A stretch of DNA of 64,000 bases. Source: Eledone cirrhosa (Eukaryota). The notes beneath the pieces were generated by a model. That model worked only from the letters and a program-made list of their open reading frames with translations, was not told where the DNA came from and searched no databases. Positions 1 through 13,749 of the stretch are shown here, in pieces (the first letter of the stretch is position 1; the number at the start of each line of letters is the position of its first letter). The translations under genes were made by a program, and so were the position numbers. The DNA lies in NCBI GenBank assembly GCA_964016885.1, contig OZ024753.1, positions 5,022,001 through 5,086,000 of the forward strand. Direction: 5' to 3'.

Positions 1-3000
1 TCTATTTCTCACCAGCCATATATAAACACTCACTTCTTTTCTCTATTCTCTCTCCTAGAATAAAATTGCGGGTGTGCAAAATCAGATCAATTTTACAGTC
101 AAAGGGGAAGTAATAATGTAAACAAAAAAGCAGACTCCCCCTCCGACCACAACGATATTTCCTTTCTGTCTCTCTCACCAAGATTATAAACACTCTTACC
201 TCTCCCCCTCTTCTCCGTTTGCTAAATATATCCCGGCCAAAATAAATAAATTAATAAAACCCGACAATGAAACATTAATATATTCGCCATAATTACATTC
301 ACACCTTTATAACAAAACATTGATAAGGAAAAATAACGAGGTAATCGTAAAATAGAAAGATTAACTTCGTGAAATTCCGTTAAAAGTATTCGTGTTGTAT
401 TTGGCAGAGGATAGTTATAAGTATGTGTGTATACATAGAAATATAACTGTAAACATATGTATATTTATGTATGCATTTACGTGTATAAATTATTGTCTTG
501 TTTACAAAATCATATTTCTAATATCGTGTTTAATATTTCGTATTGTGTCGTCTTGTTTTCTTCCATTCAATCACGAATTGACTCTCGACTCACTCCCCTT
601 CATTTACTTATTGTTTCACTCTCTCTTCCTTTCTTTTTCCCCCTCTAACACAACATGTCTTTCTTTCTCTCATTCTCAAATCCTTCTTTCTCTTTTTATC
701 CCTCTTGTTCTCTCTCTTTGTCTCTTCTTCTTTCCCCGTCTCTGTCTTTAATCATATGCACTCCACATACCCCCTCTCTTTCTCTCTCTCTTTCTCTTTC
801 TGCAGCTCCTGTGTATTGATCTGCCTTTCTCTTCCGCTCTCTCTGCCTATATTTGACCTCCTCCTACCACTACCCAATCTCCTTTCTCTATTTCTCACCA
901 ACCAAACATAAACGCTCACTTCTCTCCTCTATTCTCTCTCCTAGAATAAAATTGCGGGTGTGCAAAATCTGATCAATTTTACAGTCAAAGGGGAAGTAAT
1001 AATGTAAACAAAAAAGCAGACTCCCCCTCCGACCACAACGATATTTCCTTTCTGTCTCTCTCACCAAGATTATAAACACTCTTACCTCGCCCCCTCTTCT
1101 CCGTTTGCTAAATATATCCCGGCCAAAATAAATAAATTAATAAAACCCGACAATGAAACATTAATATATTCGCCATAATTACATTCACACCTTTATAACA
1201 AAACATTGATAAGGAAAAATAACGAGGTAATCGTAAAAGAGAAAGATTAACTTCGTGAAATTCCGTTAAAAGTATTCGTGTTGTATTTGGCAGAGGATAG
1301 TTATAAGTATGTGTGTATACATAGAAATATAACTGTAAACATATCTATATTTATGTATGCATGTACGTGTATAAATTATTGTCTTGTTTACAAAATCATA
1401 TTTCTAATATCGTGTTTAATATTTCGTATTGTGTCGTCTTGTTTTCTTCCATTTAATCACGAATTGACTCTCGACTCACTCCCCTTCATTTACTTATTGT
1501 TTCACTCTCTCTACCTTTCTTTTTCCCCCTCTAACACAACATGTCTTTCTCTCTCTTAATGCCAGCCCCTTCTGTCACTGAGACCTTTCTCTATCTCTTA
1601 CTCTCTGTCGCTGTTTCACTCCTATAGTCACTCTCTATCTCTTTCTTTTTGTCTGCACTTTCTACTTGCCTCTCTTTCTCTCTCTCATTCTCAAATCCTT
1701 CTTTCTCTTTTTATCCCTCTTGTTCTCCCTCTTTGTCTCTTCTTCTTTCCCCGTCTTGTCTTTAATCATATGCACCCCAACATACCCCCTCTGTTTCTCT
1801 CTCTCTCTTTCTCTTTCTGCAGCTCCTGTGTATTGATCTGCCTTTCTCTTCCGCTCTCTCTACCTATATCTGACCTCCTCCTTCCACTACCCTATCTCCT
1901 TTCTCTATTTCTCACCAGCCATATATAAACACTCACTTCTCTTCTCTATTCTCTCTCCTAGAATAAAATTGCGGGTGTGCAAAATCAGATCAATTTTACA
2001 GTGAAAGGGGAAGTAATAATGTAAACAAAAAAGCAGACTCCCCCTCCGACCACAACGATATTTCCTTTCTGTCTCTCTCACCAAAAATATAAACACTCTC
2101 ACCCCTCCCCCTCTTCTCCGTTTGCTAAATATATCCTATCAAAGTAAATAAATTAATAAAACCCGACGATGAAACATTAATATATTCGCCATGATTACAT
2201 TCACACCTTTATAACGCAACATTGATAAGGAAAAATAACGAGGTAATCGTAAAAGAGAAAGATTTACTTCGTGAAATTCCGTTAAAAGTATTCGTGTTGT
2301 ATTGGCAGACGATAGTTATAAGTATGTGTGTATACATAGAAATATAACTGTAAACATATGTATATTTATGTATGCATTTACGTGTATAAATTATTGTCTT
2401 GTTTACAAAATCATATTTCTAATGTCGTGTTTAATATTTCGTATTGTGTCGTCTTGTTTTCTTCCATTTAATAACGAATTGACTCTCGACTCACTCCCCT
2501 TCATTTACTTATTGTTTCACTCTCTCTTCCTTTCTTTTTCCCCCTCTAACACAACATGTCTTTCTCTCTCTTAATGCCAGCCCCTTCTGTCACTGAGACC
2601 TTTCTCTATCTCTTACTCTCTGTCGCTGTTTCACTCCTATAGTCACTCTCTATCTCTTTCTTTTTGTCTGCACTTTCTACTTGCCTCTCTTTCTCTCTCT
2701 CATTCTCAAATCCTTCTTTCTCTTTTTATCCCTCTTGTTCTCTCTCTTTGTCTCTTCTTCTTTCCCCGTCTCTGTCTTTAATCATATGCACCCCAACATA
2801 CCCCCTCTGTTTCTCTCTCTCTCTTTCTCTTTCTGCAGCTCCTGTGTATTGATCTGCCTTTCTCTTCCGCTCTCTCTACCTATATCTGACCTCCTCCTTC
2901 CACTACCCTATCTCCTTTCTCTATTTCTCACCAGCCATATATAAACACTCACTTCTCTTCTCTATTCTCTCTCCTAGAATAAAATTGCGGGTGTGCAAAA

Positions 3001-6000
3001 TCAGATCAATTTTACAGTCAAAGGGGAAGTAATAATGTAAACAAAAAAGCAGACTCCCCCTCCGACCACAACGATATTTCCTTTCTGTCTCTCTCACCAA
3101 GATTATAAACACTCTTACCTCTCCCCCTCTTCTCCGTTTGCTAAATATATCCCGGCCAAAATAAATAAATTAATAAAACCCGACAATGAAACATTAATAT
3201 ATTCGCCATAATTACATTCACACCTTTATAACAAAACATTGATAAGGAAAAATAACGAGGTAATCGTAAAATAGAAAGATTAACTTCGTGAAATTCCGTT
3301 AAAAGTATTCGTGTTGTATTTGGCAGAGGATAGTTATAAGTATGTGTGTATACATAGAAATATAACTGTAAACATATGTATATTTATGTATGCATTTACG
3401 TGTATAAATTATTGTCTTGTTTACAAAATCATATTTCTAATATCGTGTTTAATATTTCGTATTGTGTCGTCTTGTTTTCTTCCATTCAATCACGAATTGA
3501 CTCTCGACTCACTCCCCTTCATTTACTTATTGTTTCACTCTCTCTTCCTTTCTTTTTCCCCCTCTAACACAACATGTCTTTCTTTCTCTCATTCTCAAAT
3601 CCTTCTTTCTCTTTTTATCCCTCTTGTTCTCTCTCTTTGTCTCTTCTTCTTTCCCCGTCTCTGTCTTTAATCATATGCACTCCACATACCCCCTCTCTTT
3701 CTCTCTCTCTTTCTCTTTCTGCAGCTCCTGTGTATTGATCTGCCTTTCTCTTCCGCTCTCTCTGCCTATATTTGACCTCCTCCTACCACTACCCAATCTC
3801 CTTTCTCTATTTCTCACCAACCAAACATAAACGCTCACTTCTCTCCTCTATTCTCTCTCCTAGAATAAAATTGCGGGTGTGCAAAATCTGATCAATTTTA
3901 CAGTCAAAGGGGAAGTAATAATGTAAACAAAAAAGCAGACTCCCCCTCCGACCACAACGATATTTCCTTTCTGTCTCTCTCACCAAGATTATAAACACTC
4001 TTACCTCGCCCCCTCTTCTCCGTTTGCTAAATATATCCCGGCCAAAATAAATAAATTAATAAAACCCGACAATGAAACATTAATATATTCGCCATAATTA
4101 CATTCACACCTTTATAACAAAACATTGATAAGGAAAAATAACGAGGTAATCGTAAAAGAGAAAGATTAACTTCGTGAAATTCCGTTAAAAGTATTCGTGT
4201 TGTATTTGGCAGAGGATAGTTATAAGTATGTGTGTATACATAGAAATATAACTGTAAACATATCTATATTTATGTATGCATGTACGTGTATAAATTATTG
4301 TCTTGTTTACAAAATCATATTTCTAATATCGTGTTTAATATTTCGTATTGTGTCTTCTTGTTTTCTTCCATTTAATCACGAATTGACTCTCGACTCACTC
4401 CCCTTCATTTACTTATTGTTTCACTCTCTCTACCTTTCTTTTTCCCCCTCTAACACAACATGTCTTTCTCTCTCTTAATGCCAGCCCCTTCTGTCACTGA
4501 GACCTTTCTCTATCTCTTACTCTCTGTCGCTGTTTCACTCCTATAGTCACTCTCTATCTCTTTCTTTTTGTCTGCACTTTCTACTTGCCTCTCTTTCTCT
4601 CTCTCATTCTCAAATCCTTCTTTCTCTTTTTATCCCTCTTGTTCTCCCTCTTTGTCTCTTCTTCTTTCCCCGTCTTGTCTTTAATCATATGCACCCCAAC
4701 ATACCCCCTCTGTTTCTCTCTCTCTCTTTCTCTTTCTGCAGCTCCTGTGTATTGATCTGCCTTTCTCTTCCGCTCTCTCTACCTATATCTGACCTCCTCC
4801 TTCCACTACCCTATCTCCTTTCTCTATTTCTCACCAGCCATATATAAACACTCACTTCTCTTCTCTATTCTCTCTCCTAGAATAAAATTGCGGGTGTGCA
4901 AAATCAGATCAATTTTACAGTGAAAGGGGAAGTAATAATGTAAACAAAAAAGCAGACTCCCCCTCCGACCACAACGATATTTCCTTTCTGTCTCTCTCAC
5001 CAAAAATATAAACACTCTCACCCCTCCCCCTCTTCTCCGTTTGCTAAATATATCCTATCAAAGTAAATAAATTAATAAAACCCGACGATGAAACATTAAT
5101 ATATTCGCCATGATTACATTCACACCTTTATAACGCAACATTGATAAGGAAAAATAACGAGGTAATCGTAAAAGAGAAAGATTTACTTCGTGAAATTCCG
5201 TTAAAAGTATTCGTGTTGTATTGGCAGACGATAGTTATAAGTATGTGTGTATACATAGAAATATAACTGTAAACATATGTATATTTATGTATGCATTTAC
5301 GTGTATAAATTATTGTCTTGTTTACAAAATCATATTTCTAATGTCGTGTTTAATATTTCGTATTGTGTCGTCTTGTTTTCTTCCATTTAATAACGAATTG
5401 ACTCTCGACTCACTCCCCTTCATTTACTTATTGTTTCACTCTCTCTTCCTTTCTTTTTCCCCCTCTAACACAACATGTCTTTCTCTCTCTTAATGCCAGC
5501 CCCTTCTGTCACTGAGACCTTTCTCTATCTCTTACTCTCTGTCGCTGTTTCACTCCTATAGTCACTCTCTATCTCTTTCTTTTTGTCTGCACTTTCTACT
5601 TGCCTCTCTTTCTCTCTCTCATTCTCAAATCCTTCTTTCTCTTTTTATCCCTCTTGTTCTCTCTCTTTGTCTCTTCTTCTTTCCCCGTCTCTGTCTTTAA
5701 TCATATGCACTCCACATACCCCCTCTCTTTCTCTCCCTCTTTCTCTTTCTGCAGCTCCTGTGTATTGATCTGCCTTTCTCTTCCGCTCTCTCTGCCTATA
5801 TCTGACCTCCTCCTACTACTACCCTATCTCCTTTTTCTATTTCTCACCAACCAAACATAAACGCTCACTTCTCTCCTCTATTCTCTCTCCTAGAATAAAA
5901 TTGCGGGTGTGCAAAATCAGATCAATTTTACAGTCAAAGGGGAAGTAATAATGTAAACAAAAAAGCAGACTCCCCCTCCGACCACAACGATATTTCCTTT

Positions 6001-9000
6001 CTGTCTCTCTCACCAAGATTATAAACACTCTTACCTCTCCCCCTCTTCTCCGTTTGCTAAATATATCCCGGCCAAAATAAATAAATTAATAAAACCCGAC
6101 AATGAAACATTAATATATTCGCCATAATTACATTCACACCTTTATAACAAAACATTGATAAGGAAAAATAACGAGGTAATCGTAAAATAGAAAGATTAAC
6201 TTCGTGAAATTCCGTTAAAAGTATTCGTGTTATATTTGGCAGAGGATAGTTATAAGTATGTGTGTATACATAGAAATATAACTGTAAACATATCTATATT
6301 TATGTATGCATGTACGTGTATAAATTATTGTCTTGTTTACAAAATCATATTTCTAATATCGTGTTTAATATTTCGTATTGTGTCGTCTTGTTTTCTTCCA
6401 TTTAATCACGAATTGACTCTCGACTCACTCCCCTTCATTTACTTATTGTTTCACTCTCTCTACCTTTCTTTTTCCCCCTCTAACACAACATGTCTTTCTC
6501 TCTCTTAATGCCAGCCCCTTCTGTCACTGAGACCTTTCTCTATCTCTTACTCTCTGTCGCTGTTTCACTCCTATAGTCACTCTCTATCTCTTTCTTTTTG
6601 TCTGCACTTTCTACTTGCCTCTCTTTCTCTCTCTCATTCTCAAATCCTTCTTTCTCTTTTTATCCCTCTTGTTCTCTCTCTTTGTCTCTTCTTCTTTCCC
6701 CGTCTCTGTCTTTAATCATATGCACCCCAACATACCCCCTCTGTTTCTCTCTCTCTCTTTCTCTTTCTGCAGCTCCTGTGTATTGATCTGCCTTTCTCTT
6801 CCGCTCTCTCTACCTATATCTGACCTCCTCCTTCCACTACCCTATCTCCTTTCTCTATTTCTCACCAGCCATATATAAACACTCACTTCTCTTCTCTATT
6901 CTCTCTCCTAGAATAAAATTGCGGGTGTGCAAAATCAGATCAATTTTACAGTCAAAGGGGAAGTAATAATGTAAACAAAAAAGCAGACTCCCCCTCCGAC
7001 CACAACGATATTTCCTTTCTGTCTCTCTCACCAAAAATATAAACACTCTCACCCCTCCCCCTCTTCTCCGTTTGCTAAATATATCCTATCAAAGTAAATA
7101 AATTAATAAAACCCGACGATGAAACATTAATATATTCGCCATGATTACATTCACACCTTTATAACGCAACATTGATAAGGAAAAATAACGAGGTAATCGT
7201 AAAAGAGAAAGATTTACTTCGTGAAATTCCGTTAAAAGTATTCGTGTTGTATTGGCAGACGATAGTTATAAGTATGTGTGTATACATAGAAATATAACTG
7301 TAAACATATGTATATTTATGTATGCATTTACGTGTATAAATTATTGTCTTGTTTACAAAATCATATTTCTAATGTCGTGTTTAATATTTCGTATTGTGTC
7401 GTCTTGTTTTCTTCCATTTAATCACGAATTGACTCTCGACTCACTCCCCTTCATTTACTTATTGTTTCACTCTCTCTTCCTTTCTTTTTCCCCCTCTAAC
7501 ACAACATGTCTTTCTTTCTCTCATTCTCAAATCCTTCTTTCTCTTTTTATCCCTCTTGTTCTCTCTCTTTGTCTCTTCTTCTTTCCCCGTCTCTGTCTTT
7601 AATCATATGCACTCCACATACCCCCTCTCTTTCTCTTTCTGCAGCTCCTGTGTATTGATTTGCCTTTCTCTTCCGCTCTCTCTCTGCCGATATCTGACCT
7701 CCTCCTACTACTACCCTATCTCCTTTCTCTATTTCTCATCAACCAAACATAAACGCTCTCTTCTCTTCTCTATTCTCTCTCCTAGAATAAAATTGCGGGT
7801 GTGCAAAATCAGATCAATTTTACAGTCAAAGGGGAAGTAATAATGTAAACAAAAAAGCAGACTCCCCCTCCGACCACAACGATATTTCCTTTCTGTCTCT
7901 CTCACCAAGATTATAAACACTCTTACCTCTCCCCCTCTTCTCCGTCTGCTAAATATATCCCGGCCAAAATAAATAAATTAATAAAACCCGACGATGAAAC
8001 ATTAATATATTCGCCATAATTACATTCACACCTTTATAATAAAACATTGATAAGGAAAAATAACGAGGTAATCGTAAAATAGAAAGATTAACTTCGTGTT
8101 TAATATTTCGTATTGTGTCGTCTTGTTTTCTTCCATTTAATCACGAATTGACTCTCGACTCACTCCCCTTCATTTACTTATTGTTTCACTCTCTCTTCCT
8201 TTCTTTTTCCCCCTCTAACACAACATGTCTTTCTCTCTCTTAATGCCAGCCCCTTCTCTCACTGAGACCTTTCTCTATCTCTTACTCTCTGTCGCTGTTT
8301 CACTCCTATAGTCACTCTCTATCTCTTTCTTTTTGTCTGCACTTTCTACTTGCCTCTCTTTCTCTCTCTCATTCTCAAATCCTTCTTTCTCTTTTTATCC
8401 CTCTTGTTCTCTCTCTTTGTCTCTTCTTCTTTCCCCGTCTCTGTCTTTAATCATATGCACCCCAACATACCCCCTCTGTTTCTCTCTCTCTCTTTCTCTT
8501 TCTGCAGCTCCTGTGTATTGATCTGCCTTTCTCTTCCGCTCTCTCTACCTATATCTGACCTCCTCCTTCCACTACCCTATCTCCTTTCTCTATTTCTCAC
8601 CAGCCATATATAAATACTCACTTCTCTTCTCTATTCTCTCTCCTAGAATAAAATTGCGGGTGTGCAAAATCAGATCAATTTTACAGTCAAAGGGGAAGTA
8701 ATAATGTAAACAAAAAAGCAGACTCCCCCTCCGACCACAACGATATTTCCTTTCTGTCTCTCTCACCAAAAATATAAACACTCTCACCCCTCCCCCTCTT
8801 CTCCGTTTGCTAAATATATCCTATCAAAGTAAATAAATTAATAAAACCCGACGATGAAACATTAATATATTCGCCATGATTACATTCACACCTTTATAAC
8901 GCAACATTGATAAGGAAAAATAACGAGGTAATCGTAAAAGAGAAAGATTTACTTCGTGAAATTCCGTTAAAAGTATTCGTGTTGTATTGGCAGACGATAG

Positions 9001-11435
9001 TTATAAGTATGTGTGTATACATAGAAATATAACTGTAAACATATGTATATTTATGTATGCATTTACGTGTATAAATTATTGTCTTGTTTACAAAATCATA
9101 TTTCTAATGTCGTGTTTAATATTTCGTATTGTGTCGTCTTGTTTTCTTCCATTTAATCACGAATTGACTCTCGACTCACTCCCCTTCATTTACTTATTGT
9201 TTCACTCTCTCTTCCTTTCTTTTTCCCCCTCTAACACAACATGTCTTTCTTTCTCTCATTCTCAAATCCTTCTTTCTCTTTTTATCCCTCTTGTTCTCTC
9301 TCTTTGTCTCTTCTTCTTTCCCTGTCTCTGTCTTTAATCATATGCACTCCACATAGCCCCTCTCTTTCTCTTTCTGCAGCTCCTGTGTATTGATTTGCCT
9401 TTCTCTTCCGCTCTCTCTGCCGATATCTGACCTCCTCCTACTACTACCCTATCTCCTTTCTCTATTTCTCATCAACCAAACATAAACGCTCTCTTCTCTT
9501 CTCTATTCTCTCTCCTAGAATAAAATTGCGGGTGTGCAAAATCAGATCAATTTTACAGTCAAAGGGGAAGTAATAATGTAAACAAAAAAGCAGACTCCCC
9601 CTCCGACCACAACGATATTTCCTTTCTGTCTCTCTCACCAAGATTATAAACACTCTTACCTCTCCCCCTCTTCTCCGTCTGCTAAATATATCCCGGCCAA
9701 AATAAATAAATTAATAAAACCCGACGATGAAACATTAATATATTCGCCATAATTACATTCACACCTTTATAATAAAACATTGATAAGGAAAAATAACGAG
9801 GTAATCGTAAAATAGAAAGATTAACTTCGTGTTTAATATTTCGTATTGTGTCGTCTTGTTTTCTTCCATTTAATCACGAATTGACTCTCGACTCACTCCC
9901 CTTCATTTACTTATTGTTTCACTCTCTCTTCCTTTCTTTTTCCCCCTCTAACACAACATGTCTTTCTCTCTCTTAATGCCAGCCCCTTCTCTCACTGAGA
10001 CCTTTCTCTATCTCTTACTCTCTGTCGCTGTTTCACTCCTATAGTCACTCTCTATCTCTTTCTTTTTGTCTGCACTTTCTACTTGCCTCTCTTTCTCTCT
10101 CTCATTCTCAAATCCTTCTTTCTCTTTTTATTGCTCTTGTTCTCTCTCTCTCTCACCAACAACACTTCTCTTCTCCGTTCACTCTCCGCATATAAAATTG
10201 CGGGTGTGCTAAATCAGATCAATTTTACAGTCAAAGGGAAGTAATTCTGTAAACATACAGTTAGACTCCCCCTCCTACCACAACGCTATTTCTATTCTGT
10301 CTTTCTCACCGAGTAAATATAAATCCTCTCACCTCCCCTCCGTTTGCGGGTGTGCAAAATCAGATCAATTTTACAGTCAAAGGGGAAGTAATTATGTAAA
10401 CAAACAGGAAGACTCCCCCTCCGACCACAACGATATTTCCTTTCTGTCTCTCTCACCAAGATTATAAACACTCTTACCTCTCCCCCTCTTCTCCGTCTGC
10501 TAAATATATCCCGGCCAAAATAAATAAATTAATAAAACCCGACGATGAAACATTAATATATTCGCCATAATTACATTCACACCTTTATAATAAAACATTG
10601 ATAAGGAAAAATAACGAGGTAATCGTAAAATAGAAAGATTAACTTCGTGTTTAATATTTCGTATTGTGTCGTCTTGTTTTCTTCCATTTAATCACGAATT
10701 GACTCTCGACTCACTCCCCTTCATTTACTTATTGTTTCACTCTCTCTTCCTTTCTTTTTCCCCCTCTAACACAACATGTCTTTCTCTCTCTTAATGCCAG
10801 CCCCTTCTCTCACTGAGACCTTTCTCTATCTCTTACTCTCTGTCGCTGTTTCACTCCTATAGTCACTCTCTATCTCTTTCTTTTTGTCTGCACTTTCTAC
10901 TTGCCTCTCTTTCTCTCTCTCATTCTCAAATCCTTCTTTCTCTTTTTATTGCTCTTGTTCTCTCTCTCTCTCACCAACAACACTTCTCTTCTCCGTTCAC
11001 TCTCCGCGTATAAAATTGCGGGTGTGCTAAATCAGATCAATTTTACAGTCAAAGGGAAGTAATTCTGTAAACATACAGTTAGACTCCCCCTCCTACCACA
11101 ACGCTATTTCTATTCTGTCTTTCTCACCGAGTAAATATAAATCCTCTCACCTCCCCTCCGTTTGCGGGTGTGCAAAATCAGATCAATTTTACAGTCAAAG
11201 GGGAAGTAATTATGTAAACAAACAGGAAGACTCCCCCTCCTACCACAACGTTATTTCCTTCCTGTCTTTCTCACCAAACGAATATAAACCCTCTCACCTC
11301 ACCTCCTCATTTGCGGGTGTGCAAAATCAAATCAATTTTACAGTCAAAACATACAAAACGACGCGAAGTCCTTACTGGGCGCTCTACCCGCTAAAAATAT
11401 CTCGAACAAAATAAATAAATTAATAAAAGCCGACA
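1..11435 (+). repeat. Tandem satellite array, arm 1 (monomers ~860-1018 bp; 3-mer HOR 2919 bp); left end outside window
   Basis: The marker CCTAGAATAAAATTGCGGGTGTGC recurs at 54, 940, 1957, 2973, 3859, 4876, 5889, 6907, 7781, 8642 and 9514. Spacings 886+1017+1016=2919, and the ORF track repeats with a 2919 offset. Degenerate and short (~150 bp) units lie at ~10186-11350. Confidence 0.97.
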
Positions 11436-12939
11436 GTGTCTACACTGCGGCTACTGGGCTTTCAGAATACCAATCTACACTATTAAAAATGCCACATACG
11501 TAACAAAAGCTTTACCTTACAGGTGATTACTCCCGTGCATATTTCATAGACGAAGTCATCTGTCTTCTCTGTGATCCAACAGCTTTGTGTATATATACTG
11601 ATATAATGATCCAGCGAGTGGGCAGGTGTAACTCCAGAACACTTAATCACTAAAAGAATATTTAAACTCTATTCGGTATTGAGTACCTTTTCTCGCGTTT
11701 GTCAATAATACATGTGTATATGTGTGTATATATATTAGTTAGGTGTATATATATATATATATATATATATTAGTTAGCACTCAATGCTGTTACGAGGCCC
11801 GTTTCGTTTCGGTTTGTGTTCCAGTGTTACGGCTGTAATATGCATATAAAATTTGTATATATGCTGTAACACTGACTTCGACTCTTTTAAATCTCTCTCT
11901 ATATATAGATATATAGCAAAATTCCACAGACATTTATTTGTATATACATAGTACAGTTCACGAAACTATCAATTTTGAGTTCCCCAATCAACGATGTTTC
12001 CCTGTCATATCATCTGACCGGTGTAAATGTCACAATTCGCATCTTTGGGAAAACTTGTTTCCCCGCTTTTTTATTATTCAACTGTAGACCTCTTCATATA
12101 TTATTTGTACGAAAGCCTTCTCCTGCACTTTTTCGTTTATATATCGAAGTTCACCCGTCCTATAACAGATACCTCATTAGGAAACTGCTGTATATTTTAA
12201 AACAACAATTGTAAGGTAACAAAAGATAGAAATTTTTTACTAATCCAACCTTTATTGTTCACTGAAGTAGATTTAAAGTATTCTTATTGTAAATGTTTGT
12301 TTCTTTTTTCTCTCGATCGTCTTTTCATCGTTTATTAATATAATATTTAGTTTTATTCATATCGAAAACGGTGCTGGCTCATTTTTGTATTACTTATTCG
12401 TTTTTCGCCTGGTAGCTAACAATTTCACATTTTGCTACTTCCATTTTCGCCGTGCACCTGCTAGAAATAGCAACCAAATCTTGAAGATCAAATTATAAAC
12501 GCGTTTAAAAAAGATGGGTGATATTTCACTCTAGGTATATTTTGCGGGAAATATATGGAAATGAAGGGAATTCGAAATAAAATGAAGATAAAAGGTACGA
12601 ACCTTCTTTTGCTCGCTATTACCCCCCCCCCCCCAGCCTGTCTCAAGATGCAAGGGCCTTACTGTTGGAAAACGGAGGAAATGCTGGTGCCACAACAAAA
12701 TGCACTCAATCCACACTAAAGTAGATGTGCTGCTGTCACGCTAAAATGCATCCAGGCCACAGTGTAAGGTGGTAGTTCTGGTACCACGATAACATGCCCC
12801 CAGCCTACTCTGTAAAGTGGCAGGGCTAACGTCAAGATAAAAAGAAAACCCACCCACTCCTCCCTGTAATGTGTTCGAGGAGGTTTGTGTTAGGAAGGCG
12901 ATTCTGTAGTGGAAACCATGTCAGAATGCTATCATTATC

Positions 12940-13370
12940 ATCGTCCTCATCGTTTTTACTTCCGTTTTTCCACACTTGCAAGGGTTGGAAAAGTTCTTTT
13001 CAGTACATCATCGCTCCTCTTGCCGCCTTCCTTTGTCACCTCCCTTGTGAGTCTCAGCAATTTGAGATCAACTCTCACCACCTCTGTCCAGCTCTTCCTT
13101 GGTCTACCTCTGGTGTGGCCTCCTTCTAGTGGGTTTTCCTCACACTTCTTTACTCAGTGATCATCATTCATGCACATCACATGTCTGTACCAACGCCGCC
13201 TTCTCTCTTGCACACCACTTCAGACTCCTCCTAAACCCAGCTTCTCCCTCAGTGTATCCAGCTCTGCCTTTCTCTCACATTTACATTGCACATCCAACAA
13301 AGTATGGTTGCTTCATTTCTCTCTAGTCTATGCCTGTCTTTTGCGGTCACTGCCCATGCAGCAAGCTATA
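12940..13370 (-). mobile_element. Degenerate RTE-type LINE 3' fragment
   Basis: The minus strand reads as a decayed RTE C-terminus (RRRRWYRHV... RGRPRK..W pattern) and ends in a (GAT)n-like tail near 12930-12950. Confidence 0.55.
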
Positions 13371-13749
13371 TAGTAGTTGTTGGACAATGGGATTGGTAGT
13401 GCAGTTTAAATAAATGAGAGTTTAGGGTGTTAAACTGCATTTTCATTTGTTCTGCAGGTATCCCTTATGCTTAAGCATACGTAAAGTGTTGGCAAAAGTG
13501 TTAGTGAATATAAGACTTGTGAAAAAAAATATATTATTTTGAAATATGCAGGAAATCATTTTCTGTGTTGTAGTTTTGTAATTAAAAAAATACACACTGG
13601 AGAAAGATCTATTCACTGTTATCATTGATTAACGTATTCACTTCATCACAACTGAAAACAAAAACAAATTAAGTAATTGTGAAATCTGGATGAATATCAT
13701 TCAAAAGCCATGTTAGAAAAAATAAAATAAAATATATACAGAATTTATA

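Noticed and set aside
255-280. CENP-B-box-like motif (TTTCA.TGTCGGG on minus strand)
   Set aside because: Spacing does not fit TTCG-N4-A-N2-CGGG.
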